A DNA stretch of 7,646 bases from a virus (Duplodnaviria > Heunggongvirae > Uroviricota > Caudoviricetes): IMG/VR virus record IMGVR_UViG_2778261463_000007, positions 1 through 7,646 of that record; one strand, written 5' to 3'. The notes beneath the pieces were generated by a model that saw only the letters and a program-made list of their open reading frames with translations, was not told the origin of the DNA and searched no databases. Below, piece after piece: positions 1-6,125 of this stretch. How positions within the stretch are numbered: position 1 is the first letter of the stretch; each line of letters opens with the position of its first letter. The position numbers and the translations under genes were made by a program.

Positions 1-43
1 ACCGGAATTGAAGTGGTGGCCTGATGGTTACAACTAAACTGTT

Positions 44-63
44 CTGCCGACTGAGGTAAGTCG
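44..63 (-). other. 7-bp perfect inverted repeat (GCCGACT / AGTCGGC) with 6-nt loop, immediately 3' of the tRNA-like element on the minus strand; function unknown
   Basis: Read directly: plus strand gccgact-gaggta-agtcggc. No U-tract follows on either strand, so not a canonical intrinsic terminator. Confidence 0.3.
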
Positions 64-67
64 GCGC

Positions 68-144
68 TGGACCGCCAGCGGGGAATCGAACCTAGCGCAC
101 TCAACTTAAAGGGTTGACGCTCTTTCCTGATGAGCTAGTAGCGG
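68..144 (-). tRNA. Atypical tRNA-like element (possible pseudo-tRNA); anticodon triplet by position is TTT, identity uncertain
   Basis: Minus-strand read CCGCTAC-TA-GCTC-ATCAGGAAA-GAGC-G-TCAAC-CCTTTAA-GTTGA-GTGCG-CTAGG-TTCGATT-CCCCG-CTGGCGG-T-CCA. Conserved U8, A14, G18G19, canonical T-loop TTCGATT, 5-bp anticodon stem and 6/7 acceptor pairs are present. Position 33 is C instead of the near-universal U, and the T-stem has two mismatches. Starts 1 nt after the CCA of the neighbouring tRNA. Confidence 0.45.
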
Positions 145-145
145 T

Positions 146-221
146 TGGTGGCCCTTGCTGAATTTGAACCAGCGCCCTTGCGATTATGAGTCGCTCGCTC
201 TCACCACTGAGCTAAAGGGCC
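146..221 (-). tRNA. tRNA with anticodon CAT, tRNA-Ile2-like (lysidine type; anticodon-based tools would label it Met); resembles E. coli ileX and the ileZ of Stx-type phages
   Basis: Reverse complement gives GGCCCTTTAGCTCAGTGGTGAGAGCGAGCGACTCATAATCGCAAGGGCGCTGGTTCAAATTCAGCAAGGGCCACCA: 7-bp acceptor stem, D-arm GCTC/GAGC, anticodon loop CTCATAA, T-arm GCTGG-TTCAAAT-TCAGC, encoded CCA. The anticodon arm CGACTCATAATCG matches my recollection of E. coli ileX rather than elongator or initiator tRNA-Met. Confidence 0.8.
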
Positions 222-353
222 TCGAGCAGCATAATAACGTTACGGGATTAATACCGCAAATCTCAGAGAAAGCCCGACAAACCCAACTAAGCGCACCTCT
301 TATCTGGTCCGCCAAAGAGCTTAATGTCCGGTGCAGATTTTCGATGTAAAAAA

Positions 354-371
354 CCGCCTGGCTGCGGGTTT
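354..371 (-). terminator. Weak candidate intrinsic terminator (4-bp GC stem CCGC/GCGG, 6-nt loop, followed by U6 on the minus-strand RNA)
   Basis: Plus strand aaaaaa-ccgc-ctggct-gcgg-gttt; on the minus strand the hairpin is followed by six T. The stem is short, so stability is marginal. Confidence 0.25.
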
Positions 372-694
372 AAGTTGTGTGGCGTAGGAACCACTCTTAC
401 CATGATATGCATACTTTTACGATCGTAAAGTGTTTGTTCATACCCTGCATGCTGCATGATTCACCCCACAGACAATCTCTGGATTGTTGCGACGTTTGGC
501 AAGATACAATTAAAGATTATGCATTCTTCTATGCACGTATTTTTCTTCAAAAGTAATGTCTTTATTAAGGTTATATAAATAACTCATAAACCCAAATAAT
601 TAAATATATTTAGCACTTCTAATAAAAAAGATTGATCTTAATTTTCTGAGTGAAAGATAGCCATCTATTTATTAGTTTGCATGACTTCTTATTT

Positions 695-710
695 TGTGAT
701 AGTGATCACA
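695..710. promoter_or_regulatory. Perfect match to both half-sites of the CRP consensus TGTGA-N6-TCACA, upstream of the porin gene
   Basis: Read directly: tgtga-tagtga-tcaca at 695-710, about 110 bp upstream of the porin ATG at 820. Confidence 0.4.
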
Positions 711-738
711 TATAAAGAATCGGACTCCTTAATTTTCC

Positions 739-767
739 TTGTATACATTATACACAGAAATTAAATT
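739..767 (+). promoter_or_regulatory. Candidate sigma70 promoter for the porin gene (-35 TTGTAT, 17-bp spacer, -10 TAAATT)
   Basis: Hexamers read by eye with canonical spacing; each is a 4/6 match to consensus. Shine-Dalgarno GAGGA at 809-813 lies 6 nt before the ATG. If the start site is near 775, the CRP site would be centred near -72.5. Confidence 0.3.
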
Positions 768-819
768 TTCATCCTGATAGCATTTTGTCGTCCAATTAAC
801 TCCCACCAGAGGATAAAAA

Positions 820-1926
820 ATGAAAAATTTAACAGTGGCACTTTCTGCTGTAGCAGCATCAGTATTTCTGGCAACGTCTTCAAATGCAGCAGAAATATAC
901 AATAAAGATGCAAACAAAGTGGATTTATACGGTAAAGCAGTTGGTTTACATTATTTTTCTTCTGATAAGGACCAAAACGGAGATCAGACTTACGCACGCC
1001 TTGGATTCAGAGGTGAAACCCAAATAAATAATTATATTACTGGTTTTGGTCAGTGGGAATATAATTTCCAGGGGAACAACCCTGAAGGGGATGGAGCTCA
1101 AACTGGAAACAAGACTCGCCTGGCATACGCTGGTCTGAAGCTTGCAGATGCTGGCTCTCTTGATTATGGTCGTAACTACGGCGTGGTGTACGACGCATTA
1201 AGCTACACTGACGTCTTCCCGGAGTTTGGACCTACCGCAGCGCAAAAGGATAACTTCTTCGTTGGTCGTGTAGGCGGTGTTGCCACATACCGCAACACTG
1301 ACTTTTTTGGACTGGTCGATGGGCTTAGCTTTGCAATTCAGTATCTGGGAAAAAATGAACGCAAGGATAAACCAGATACTTCAAACGGAGAGGGTGTAGG
1401 TGGCTCTGTCAGCTATGAATATGAAGGATTTGGTTTTGTCGCAGCATACGGCGCTGCTGATCGTACTAAAAATCAGAAAAAGGCTGAGCTTGGTAAAGGG
1501 AAAAAAGCTGAACAGTGGGCCACCGGGGTAAAATATGACGCAAATAATCTGTACCTGGCTGCCAGTTATGGTGAAACAAATAATACCCGTGCAATATCGT
1601 ATGGTGATAATATTTCAGGAGTGGCGAATAAAACCGAAGATTTCACTGTTGTGGCACAATACCAGTTCGACTTTGGATTACGCCCGTCTCTTGCTTATAC
1701 CCACTCTAAAGCAAAAAACCTTTCATCCAGTACTGATATTAGTAAAAAACATGATGACGGATATATTGAAAAATTCGTTGAAGTAGGGGCTTCTTATTAC
1801 TTCAACAAAAATATGTCTACATACATAGATTACAAAATCAATATGCTCGATAAAAATAAATTCACTGAAAGAACAGGAGTATCAACCGACGATATTGTCG
1901 CTGTTGGTCTGGTTTATCAGTTCTGA
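820..1926 (+). CDS. General porin of the OmpC/OmpF/NmpC family (prophage-borne, NmpC/Lc-like), 368 aa, with N-terminal signal peptide
   Basis: Signal peptide [23 protein letters not shown] followed by mature N-terminus [16 protein letters not shown] typical of enterobacterial porins; PEFG loop-3 motif; C-terminus [24 protein letters not shown]...[16 protein letters not shown] ending in Phe. Strong RBS. Gene is markedly more AT-rich than the flanking phage genes. Confidence 0.95.
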   Translation: MKNLTVALSAVAASVFLATSSNAAEIYNKDANKVDLYGKAVGLHYFSSDKDQNGDQTYARLGFRGETQINNYITGFGQWEYNFQGNNPEGDGAQTGNKTRLAYAGLKLADAGSLDYGRNYGVVYDALSYTDVFPEFGPTAAQKDNFFVGRVGGVATYRNTDFFGLVDGLSFAIQYLGKNERKDKPDTSNGEGVGGSVSYEYEGFGFVAAYGAADRTKNQKKAELGKGKKAEQWATGVKYDANNLYLAASYGETNNTRAISYGDNISGVANKTEDFTVVAQYQFDFGLRPSLAYTHSKAKNLSSSTDISKKHDDGYIEKFVEVGASYYFNKNMSTYIDYKINMLDKNKFTERTGVSTDDIVAVGLVYQF

Positions 1927-1971
1927 TTTATTCTGTAAGAATATGCCGGGGGAGTGAGAACTTTTCTGGCA

Positions 1972-2000
1972 TATAAAGTGGTGCCCTCATGCCACTGCAA
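1972..2000 (-). promoter_or_regulatory. Candidate late promoter (pR'-like) downstream of Q: -35 TTGCAG, 17-bp spacer, -10 TTTATA on the minus strand
   Basis: Position matches where lambdoid Q proteins act (promoter and qut site just downstream of the Q gene); hexamers read by eye only. Confidence 0.2.
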
Positions 2001-2070
2001 AACGTTGGACAGTACTTAACTTTTCCAACGAACTTTCTGTTATTTATTAACCTTTTTGGTTTTTATACTT

Positions 2071-2097
2071 GGGCGCTTTGCGCCCATTTTTTATTTT
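2071..2097 (+). terminator. Rho-independent terminator for the porin transcript (GGGCGC-TTT-GCGCCC then A-TTTTTTATTTT)
   Basis: Perfect 6-bp GC-rich stem, 3-nt loop and a T-rich tract on the plus strand. On the minus strand no U-tract follows, so it should not terminate Q-gene transcripts. Confidence 0.7.
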
Positions 2098-2104
2098 GTA
2101 CGCC

Positions 2105-2527
2105 TTATATCCCTGCCCTAGAGGACGCAGTTTTACGACGTATCGAATAATTTGTGCTCACATATCGATCCATCTCAAGGCGAACATCTAGCATCATCAA
2201 CATACCATCAACCACTCCTTCAGCTTTTTGCAAACGCTTTCCAATATGCGTATCCGAACATCCATGTTTCATTGCTAACTTCATGAACGTCATCCCATAT
2301 ACGTAGTAATCAACCAGCATGTCATGCATATCGGCGTTGTTCTTTTTCAGGCGAGCCATACAACCACATATAATCATCGCGTCATCATCGGAACACTGCG
2401 ATCGCGATTTTACTTTTGACGGTATCAGCCCCTTAAATCCGGCGGCAATGCCTGACCATTCCACGTCTTCATGATTATTTGCGACCCATGCCCCCCAACG
2501 TTCAAGAACCATTTGAATATCACGCAT
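2105..2527 (-). CDS. Q: Late-gene antitermination protein Q (QuuD-like family)
   Basis: Translation [62 protein letters not shown]... closely resembles my recollection of E. coli DLP12 QuuD. Start placed at the ATG preceded by GGAG 8 nt upstream; the ORF track extends to a TTG at 2542. Sits last before the late region, as Q does. Confidence 0.9.
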   Translation of the reverse strand: MRDIQMVLERWGAWVANNHEDVEWSGIAAGFKGLIPSKVKSRSQCSDDDAMIICGCMARLKKNNADMHDMLVDYYVYGMTFMKLAMKHGCSDTHIGKRLQKAEGVVDGMLMMLDVRLEMDRYVSTNYSIRRKTASSRAGI

Positions 2528-2544
2528 CAACTTTCTCCACAAAA

Positions 2545-3540
2545 TCAGGCCAGCACACCAGTTGCCAGCGCACGATCGATAAAACGAAATATCAGCTCCA
2601 GCTGGGAGCCATACTTCACTTCAAATGCCACGGTATCCGCATGCAGCTCGTCGTGATGCTTTCTGCACAAAGGCAACACAAAGAGGTCATGCGCTTTTGT
2701 ACCCATTCCCCCCTGACCGTGACCTATCAGGTGGTGGGGATCATCAGCAGGCTTTCCACAACATGCACACGGCTGTGTCTTAACCCAGCGCGTGTACTTT
2801 TCATTAACCCAGCGGCGACGTTTTGGGCGTAACATAAAAGACTCCGGCGACTCCGGATCCACTTTCAGCGCCAGCACCTTTTTCGCTTTATCCTGGATAA
2901 TGCTGGTGGCAGGAACCGAAGGAACAAGGTCACTCTCCCGGGTGACAGACGGCACAACAGGATTCGGTAATCTCAGTGCCTTACGGGCTGCACTTTCCGG
3001 TAAGGTATCCGCCAGGTCATTACGAACCAGCCACCAGCACAGTTCCGGCATTGTCACAACATGACTATCATCAAAACCGAGATCCCGACGCACGACAGAC
3101 AACACCCAGCGAGCACAGTTATCCGTTGCCATTGATTCCAGCCGTTCCGTGAACTGATCGCACAGCTGGTTATCGCAGTGCCAGCACAGACGGATTGCAC
3201 CCGGAGCGTGTCGCATTGTGGTCATGTTCTCGCTGTGCCAGTCGGAATGAGGCCACTGGCAGCCTTTTTCACGAAGTAACCAGCTTTCAAGACATTCCAC
3301 TCCACCAGCACGACGGATTACTGCCTCATTGCGGAACACGGCCCGAACGGCAGGATCATCCGCCAGCGGTTGTGATGCCGCCGGAACGGCACCGCTGGCG
3401 AAAGATGAATAACGTTCCGGCTCAGGCTCCAGCAGGACACGCCCCTGCATAAACAGGGGCATCAGCTCTGAACCTGGCCTGAACAATACGATCCCCATAC
3501 GCGGGGCAATTTCAGGGGTCAGTAGTGCTCTCACGGTCAC
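2545..3540 (-). CDS. Cys/His-rich nin-region protein, likely DUF968 family (YdfU-like), with a C-terminal HNH-nuclease-like motif
   Basis: 331-aa ORF immediately upstream of Q. C-terminal segment [43 protein letters not shown] fits an HNH-type zinc-binding pattern; a second Cys/His cluster (CQWPHSDWH...CWHCDNQLC) lies in the middle. GTG start at 3540 or the in-frame GTG at 3534, with GAGG upstream. Confidence 0.85.
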   Translation of the reverse strand: MTVRALLTPEIAPRMGIVLFRPGSELMPLFMQGRVLLEPEPERYSSFASGAVPAASQPLADDPAVRAVFRNEAVIRRAGGVECLESWLLREKGCQWPHSDWHSENMTTMRHAPGAIRLCWHCDNQLCDQFTERLESMATDNCARWVLSVVRRDLGFDDSHVVTMPELCWWLVRNDLADTLPESAARKALRLPNPVVPSVTRESDLVPSVPATSIIQDKAKKVLALKVDPESPESFMLRPKRRRWVNEKYTRWVKTQPCACCGKPADDPHHLIGHGQGGMGTKAHDLFVLPLCRKHHDELHADTVAFEVKYGSQLELIFRFIDRALATGVLA

Positions 3541-3585
3541 CTCAGCGAACGATATTGCATGAACACAGGAGAAAAAATTCAGCCA

Positions 3586-3843
3586 TCACGCAGTAAACTC
3601 CTTCACCAGAGTTTCAAACTGGCTTACCTTGCCTTCCAGTTCCGCCACGCAATCCACCAGCTCATCCACCGCCTTTTGTGTGCGGTGTTTTGCCTGCAGC
3701 AGATCACGAAGCGCCGGAGTAAGCTGCTTGCGGAGCGTATCCTTTGCCACGCTCATTTTTTCCATCTGTTCAGCACAACGAAGCATCTCCTGCGCCTGGC
3801 GACGAAGTTGTTCCGGTGAAACAGTGGCTGTTCTGTTATTCAA
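3586..3843 (-). CDS. Hypothetical 85-aa protein, predicted helical/coiled-coil, unknown function
   Basis: ORF with TTG start overlapping the DnaB-like stop (TTGA overlap) and GGAG upstream. Sequence is heptad-like and rich in charged residues and Leu. I recognise no family. Confidence 0.6.
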   Translation of the reverse strand: MNNRTATVSPEQLRRQAQEMLRCAEQMEKMSVAKDTLRKQLTPALRDLLQAKHRTQKAVDELVDCVAELEGKVSQFETLVKEFTA

Positions 3844-5240
3844 AATAAACGCTCCGCTTTACTGCCCGACATGCGGTTATTGCTGTATCTGCGCGGATTG
3901 CCCGGCGTCATGGGTGTGGAAAGAACCTGAGCGCTTTCCTGATCCACAGGCAGAAAATGCCCGTTATGAAAACGCCGGTAAATGGTCCCGAGAGTGCCAT
4001 TACGCTGTTTCGTGATGTTGATTTCTGCTATGCCTCTGGCCTGTGTATCCGGGTTATACACCTCATCCCTGTAAAGCATCAGAATGATGTCGGCATCCGC
4101 CTCTATTTCCCCGGAATTTTTCAGATCCGAGTTCATGGGGCGTTTATTGGGTCTGGATTCCACACCACGGGAGAGCTGACTCAGTGCAATCAGCGGGAAA
4201 CCGCCGGATTTTGCCAGACTTTTAAGTCCCTTTGAGATTTCCCCCACAGCAAGGTCGTGACGCCCCGTGCTGCGGGTTTTAATCAGACCGAGGTAATCAA
4301 CCACCACCAGCGCCGTTTCCGGATGCTTCATCCGGTGGTACCTCGTGGTTGCACATATCTCATCAATGGTCAGATTTGCCTGGTCCACCATCCAGATATT
4401 ACGCCCCGTCATTCGTCCCACACCCTGTGAGAAACGTGCCCAGTCTTCGTCTTCAAAACGGGCAGCAGACTTAAGACGGGATACCGGCATTCCACCGGCA
4501 GAAGACACCATACGTTCACCAATCTGGATGTTCGCCATCTCCATGGTGAACAGAAGCACGCCATGCCCCTGCTCAGTCACCTTGTCGATGATGTCCAGCG
4601 CCAGTTCGGTTTTCCCCATCGAAGGACGAGCCGCAATGAATACCAGGTCGCCTGGCTCCATACCCCCTGTTTTTGCGTCCAGTTCATCAATACCGGTCAT
4701 CAGCGTTCTGGATTTCTCCAGTCCCTGATTCCGGCATTCAACACGGCCCACCACTTCCGGAAGGACATCATCAATGTGAACCGGCTGAATGACGCCCTTT
4801 CCGGTCGACAGTGAGGCCATCATGTTCTGCGCATCCTTCAGGGCATCCTCGGCTGCTTCGCAGGTATGTGCATCCCGTAAATTCTGTAATGCTTCGGTCA
4901 GTGTTTTTTCTGCATCGCGCAGTACGGCATTTCGCCGCAGCGCTGCAACATAGTGTTCCAGTGAAGACTTCACCCAGGTTTTGCGCCCGGTGTCGGTAAT
5001 CACCGGGGCAAGTTCCGGCATCTCATTGCACAGCAGCACGGGGTCAATGACGCCGGATACGCGGGCCTGTCTGCAAATCCCCGCGTAAATATCCCGGTAC
5101 TGACGCACGAAAAATACATCCGCCGGAAGCGTGGCCAGAATATCCATCACTTCCGGATCTGCCCCACGCAGAAAAAACGCGCCAATCACCGCACCTTCCA
5201 GGTCATCGTTACGCCATGCCGGGGTGTTCTGGCTGGTCAT
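3840..5240 (-). CDS. dnaB: DnaB-family replicative DNA helicase (phage-encoded, P22 gene 12-like)
   Basis: 466 aa; Walker A ARPSMGKTELALD, Walker B-like LVVVDYLGL, DnaB motif IALSQLSRGVESRPNKRP, DnaB-like N-terminal domain. ATG overlaps the stop of the upstream gene (ATGA) and is preceded by GGAGGTG. Confidence 0.95.
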   Translation of the reverse strand: MTSQNTPAWRNDDLEGAVIGAFFLRGADPEVMDILATLPADVFFVRQYRDIYAGICRQARVSGVIDPVLLCNEMPELAPVITDTGRKTWVKSSLEHYVAALRRNAVLRDAEKTLTEALQNLRDAHTCEAAEDALKDAQNMMASLSTGKGVIQPVHIDDVLPEVVGRVECRNQGLEKSRTLMTGIDELDAKTGGMEPGDLVFIAARPSMGKTELALDIIDKVTEQGHGVLLFTMEMANIQIGERMVSSAGGMPVSRLKSAARFEDEDWARFSQGVGRMTGRNIWMVDQANLTIDEICATTRYHRMKHPETALVVVDYLGLIKTRSTGRHDLAVGEISKGLKSLAKSGGFPLIALSQLSRGVESRPNKRPMNSDLKNSGEIEADADIILMLYRDEVYNPDTQARGIAEINITKQRNGTLGTIYRRFHNGHFLPVDQESAQVLSTPMTPGNPRRYSNNRMSGSKAERLF

Positions 5241-6124
5241 GCGGCAACACCTCCGATACGAGAACGGTAGCTGGGCCAGTTAAACGACAACCAGTTGCGC
5301 CCGCCATCGGTGATCCTGTCGGCAATCCGGGGACTGATGAACGCCCACAATTCTTCCGGTGAAAGGTTGCTGATCAAGATAGTTGGCAAAATACCCTCAT
5401 ACCGGGCATTGATAATTTCCTGCAAAATGGCCATTTCAGCCGCACTGCCAAACTGAACGCCGACTTCGTCGATGATCAGCAAATCCAGTGACGCATAATG
5501 CTCAATGACGTCATCCGCTGTTTTTTCACTGTCATTCCGCCAGCAGTTTTTCACAGCACGGGTAAGGCGCATCACGTCGGTGATCTCCACACTGGCCAGA
5601 TAGTTACGGATGATGTGTTTTGCCATTGATACCGCCAGATGATTTTTCCCGGTACCGCAACTGCCGGTCATAACAAGACTGGTACCGTTCTCCAGCATAT
5701 CTGGCCAGTTCTCCGCATAGCGGCGACAGGCCGCAAGATTTCTGGCTGCGTCAGGATTAACCTCCAGATAATTATCAAACTCGCAGTCCCGAAAACGCAG
5801 AGCAATTCCGGCGTTATCAGTCAGTTCTTCCGCCTTGAGGGACGACAGCTCCATGGTCAAATCGTTGGCCTCAGCTATCAAGCAGTCAGGGCAGCATGAA
5901 ATTTTTTCTCTATCCTCGCCATTACGATCGCTCCACACCAGAATATGTGTGTGGTATTCGCCATGTTTTTCGCAACACCCGCGCCCTTCACGCATCCAGC
6001 AGGATCGATAAGGCCATGGCTTTTCGCCATTCTGAGCAAATGCAATCTCTGCCCGTAACTCATCCATCCGCGCCTGTAGTCTTGTTTGTTGTTCACGCAG
6101 GTTAAGTGTCATCATCGCTGTCAC
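5237..6124 (-). CDS. dnaC: DnaC/IstB-like AAA+ helicase loader with an unusual N-terminal Cys-rich region
   Basis: Walker A GSCGTGKNHLA and Walker B LLIIDEVG in the C-terminal ~190 aa. The ORF track start at 6124 is GTG; a more likely start is the ATG at 6115 with GAGG 8 nt upstream. N-terminal ~90 aa contains CWMREGRGCCEKHGEYHTH...SCCPDC. Confidence 0.9.
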   Translation of the reverse strand: MTAMMTLNLREQQTRLQARMDELRAEIAFAQNGEKPWPYRSCWMREGRGCCEKHGEYHTHILVWSDRNGEDREKISCCPDCLIAEANDLTMELSSLKAEELTDNAGIALRFRDCEFDNYLEVNPDAARNLAACRRYAENWPDMLENGTSLVMTGSCGTGKNHLAVSMAKHIIRNYLASVEITDVMRLTRAVKNCWRNDSEKTADDVIEHYASLDLLIIDEVGVQFGSAAEMAILQEIINARYEGILPTILISNLSPEELWAFISPRIADRITDGGRNWLSFNWPSYRSRIGGVAA

Positions 6125-6125
6125 C

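Larger units (their letters stand above)
1927..2097 (+). ncRNA. Candidate 3'-UTR-derived small RNA downstream of the porin gene (IpeX-like hypothesis), ending at the intrinsic terminator
   Basis: The strong terminator lies about 145 nt past the porin stop, leaving a structured untranslated tail (7-bp inverted repeat ATATGCC/GGCATAT at 1941-1974). Precedent from memory: IpeX sRNA associated with the 3' end of nmpC in DLP12. Inference only. Confidence 0.25.

Noticed and set aside
155-349. 64-aa plus-strand ORF
   Set aside because: Overlaps the tRNA and tRNA-like sequences on the opposite strand; no RBS; most likely a chance open frame.
407-553. Short (about 48 codon) plus-strand ORF in the AT-rich region upstream of the porin
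   Set aside because: No Shine-Dalgarno sequence, AT-rich low-complexity context, below the ORF-track threshold; more likely regulatory DNA.
729-997. Minus-strand ORFs 729..917 and 761..997
   Set aside because: Antisense to the porin promoter, RBS and signal-peptide region, and AT-rich; the porin on the plus strand has far stronger support.
1535-1786. 83-aa plus-strand ORF
   Set aside because: Lies entirely inside the porin gene in another frame.
2071-2097. Terminator for the Q gene on the minus strand
   Set aside because: The hairpin is not followed by a U-tract on the minus strand; it is oriented for the plus-strand porin transcript.
2471-3452. Plus-strand ORFs 2471..2656, 2479..2832, 2792..3064 and 3195..3452
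   Set aside because: Antisense to the Q and Cys/His-rich protein genes, which have recognisable motifs and operon context.
3559-4999. Plus-strand ORFs 3559..3819, 3629..4015, 3957..4235, 4345..4728, 4563..4814 and 4811..4999
   Set aside because: Antisense to the 85-aa ORF and the DnaB-like helicase; typical shadow ORFs of a GC-balanced coding region.
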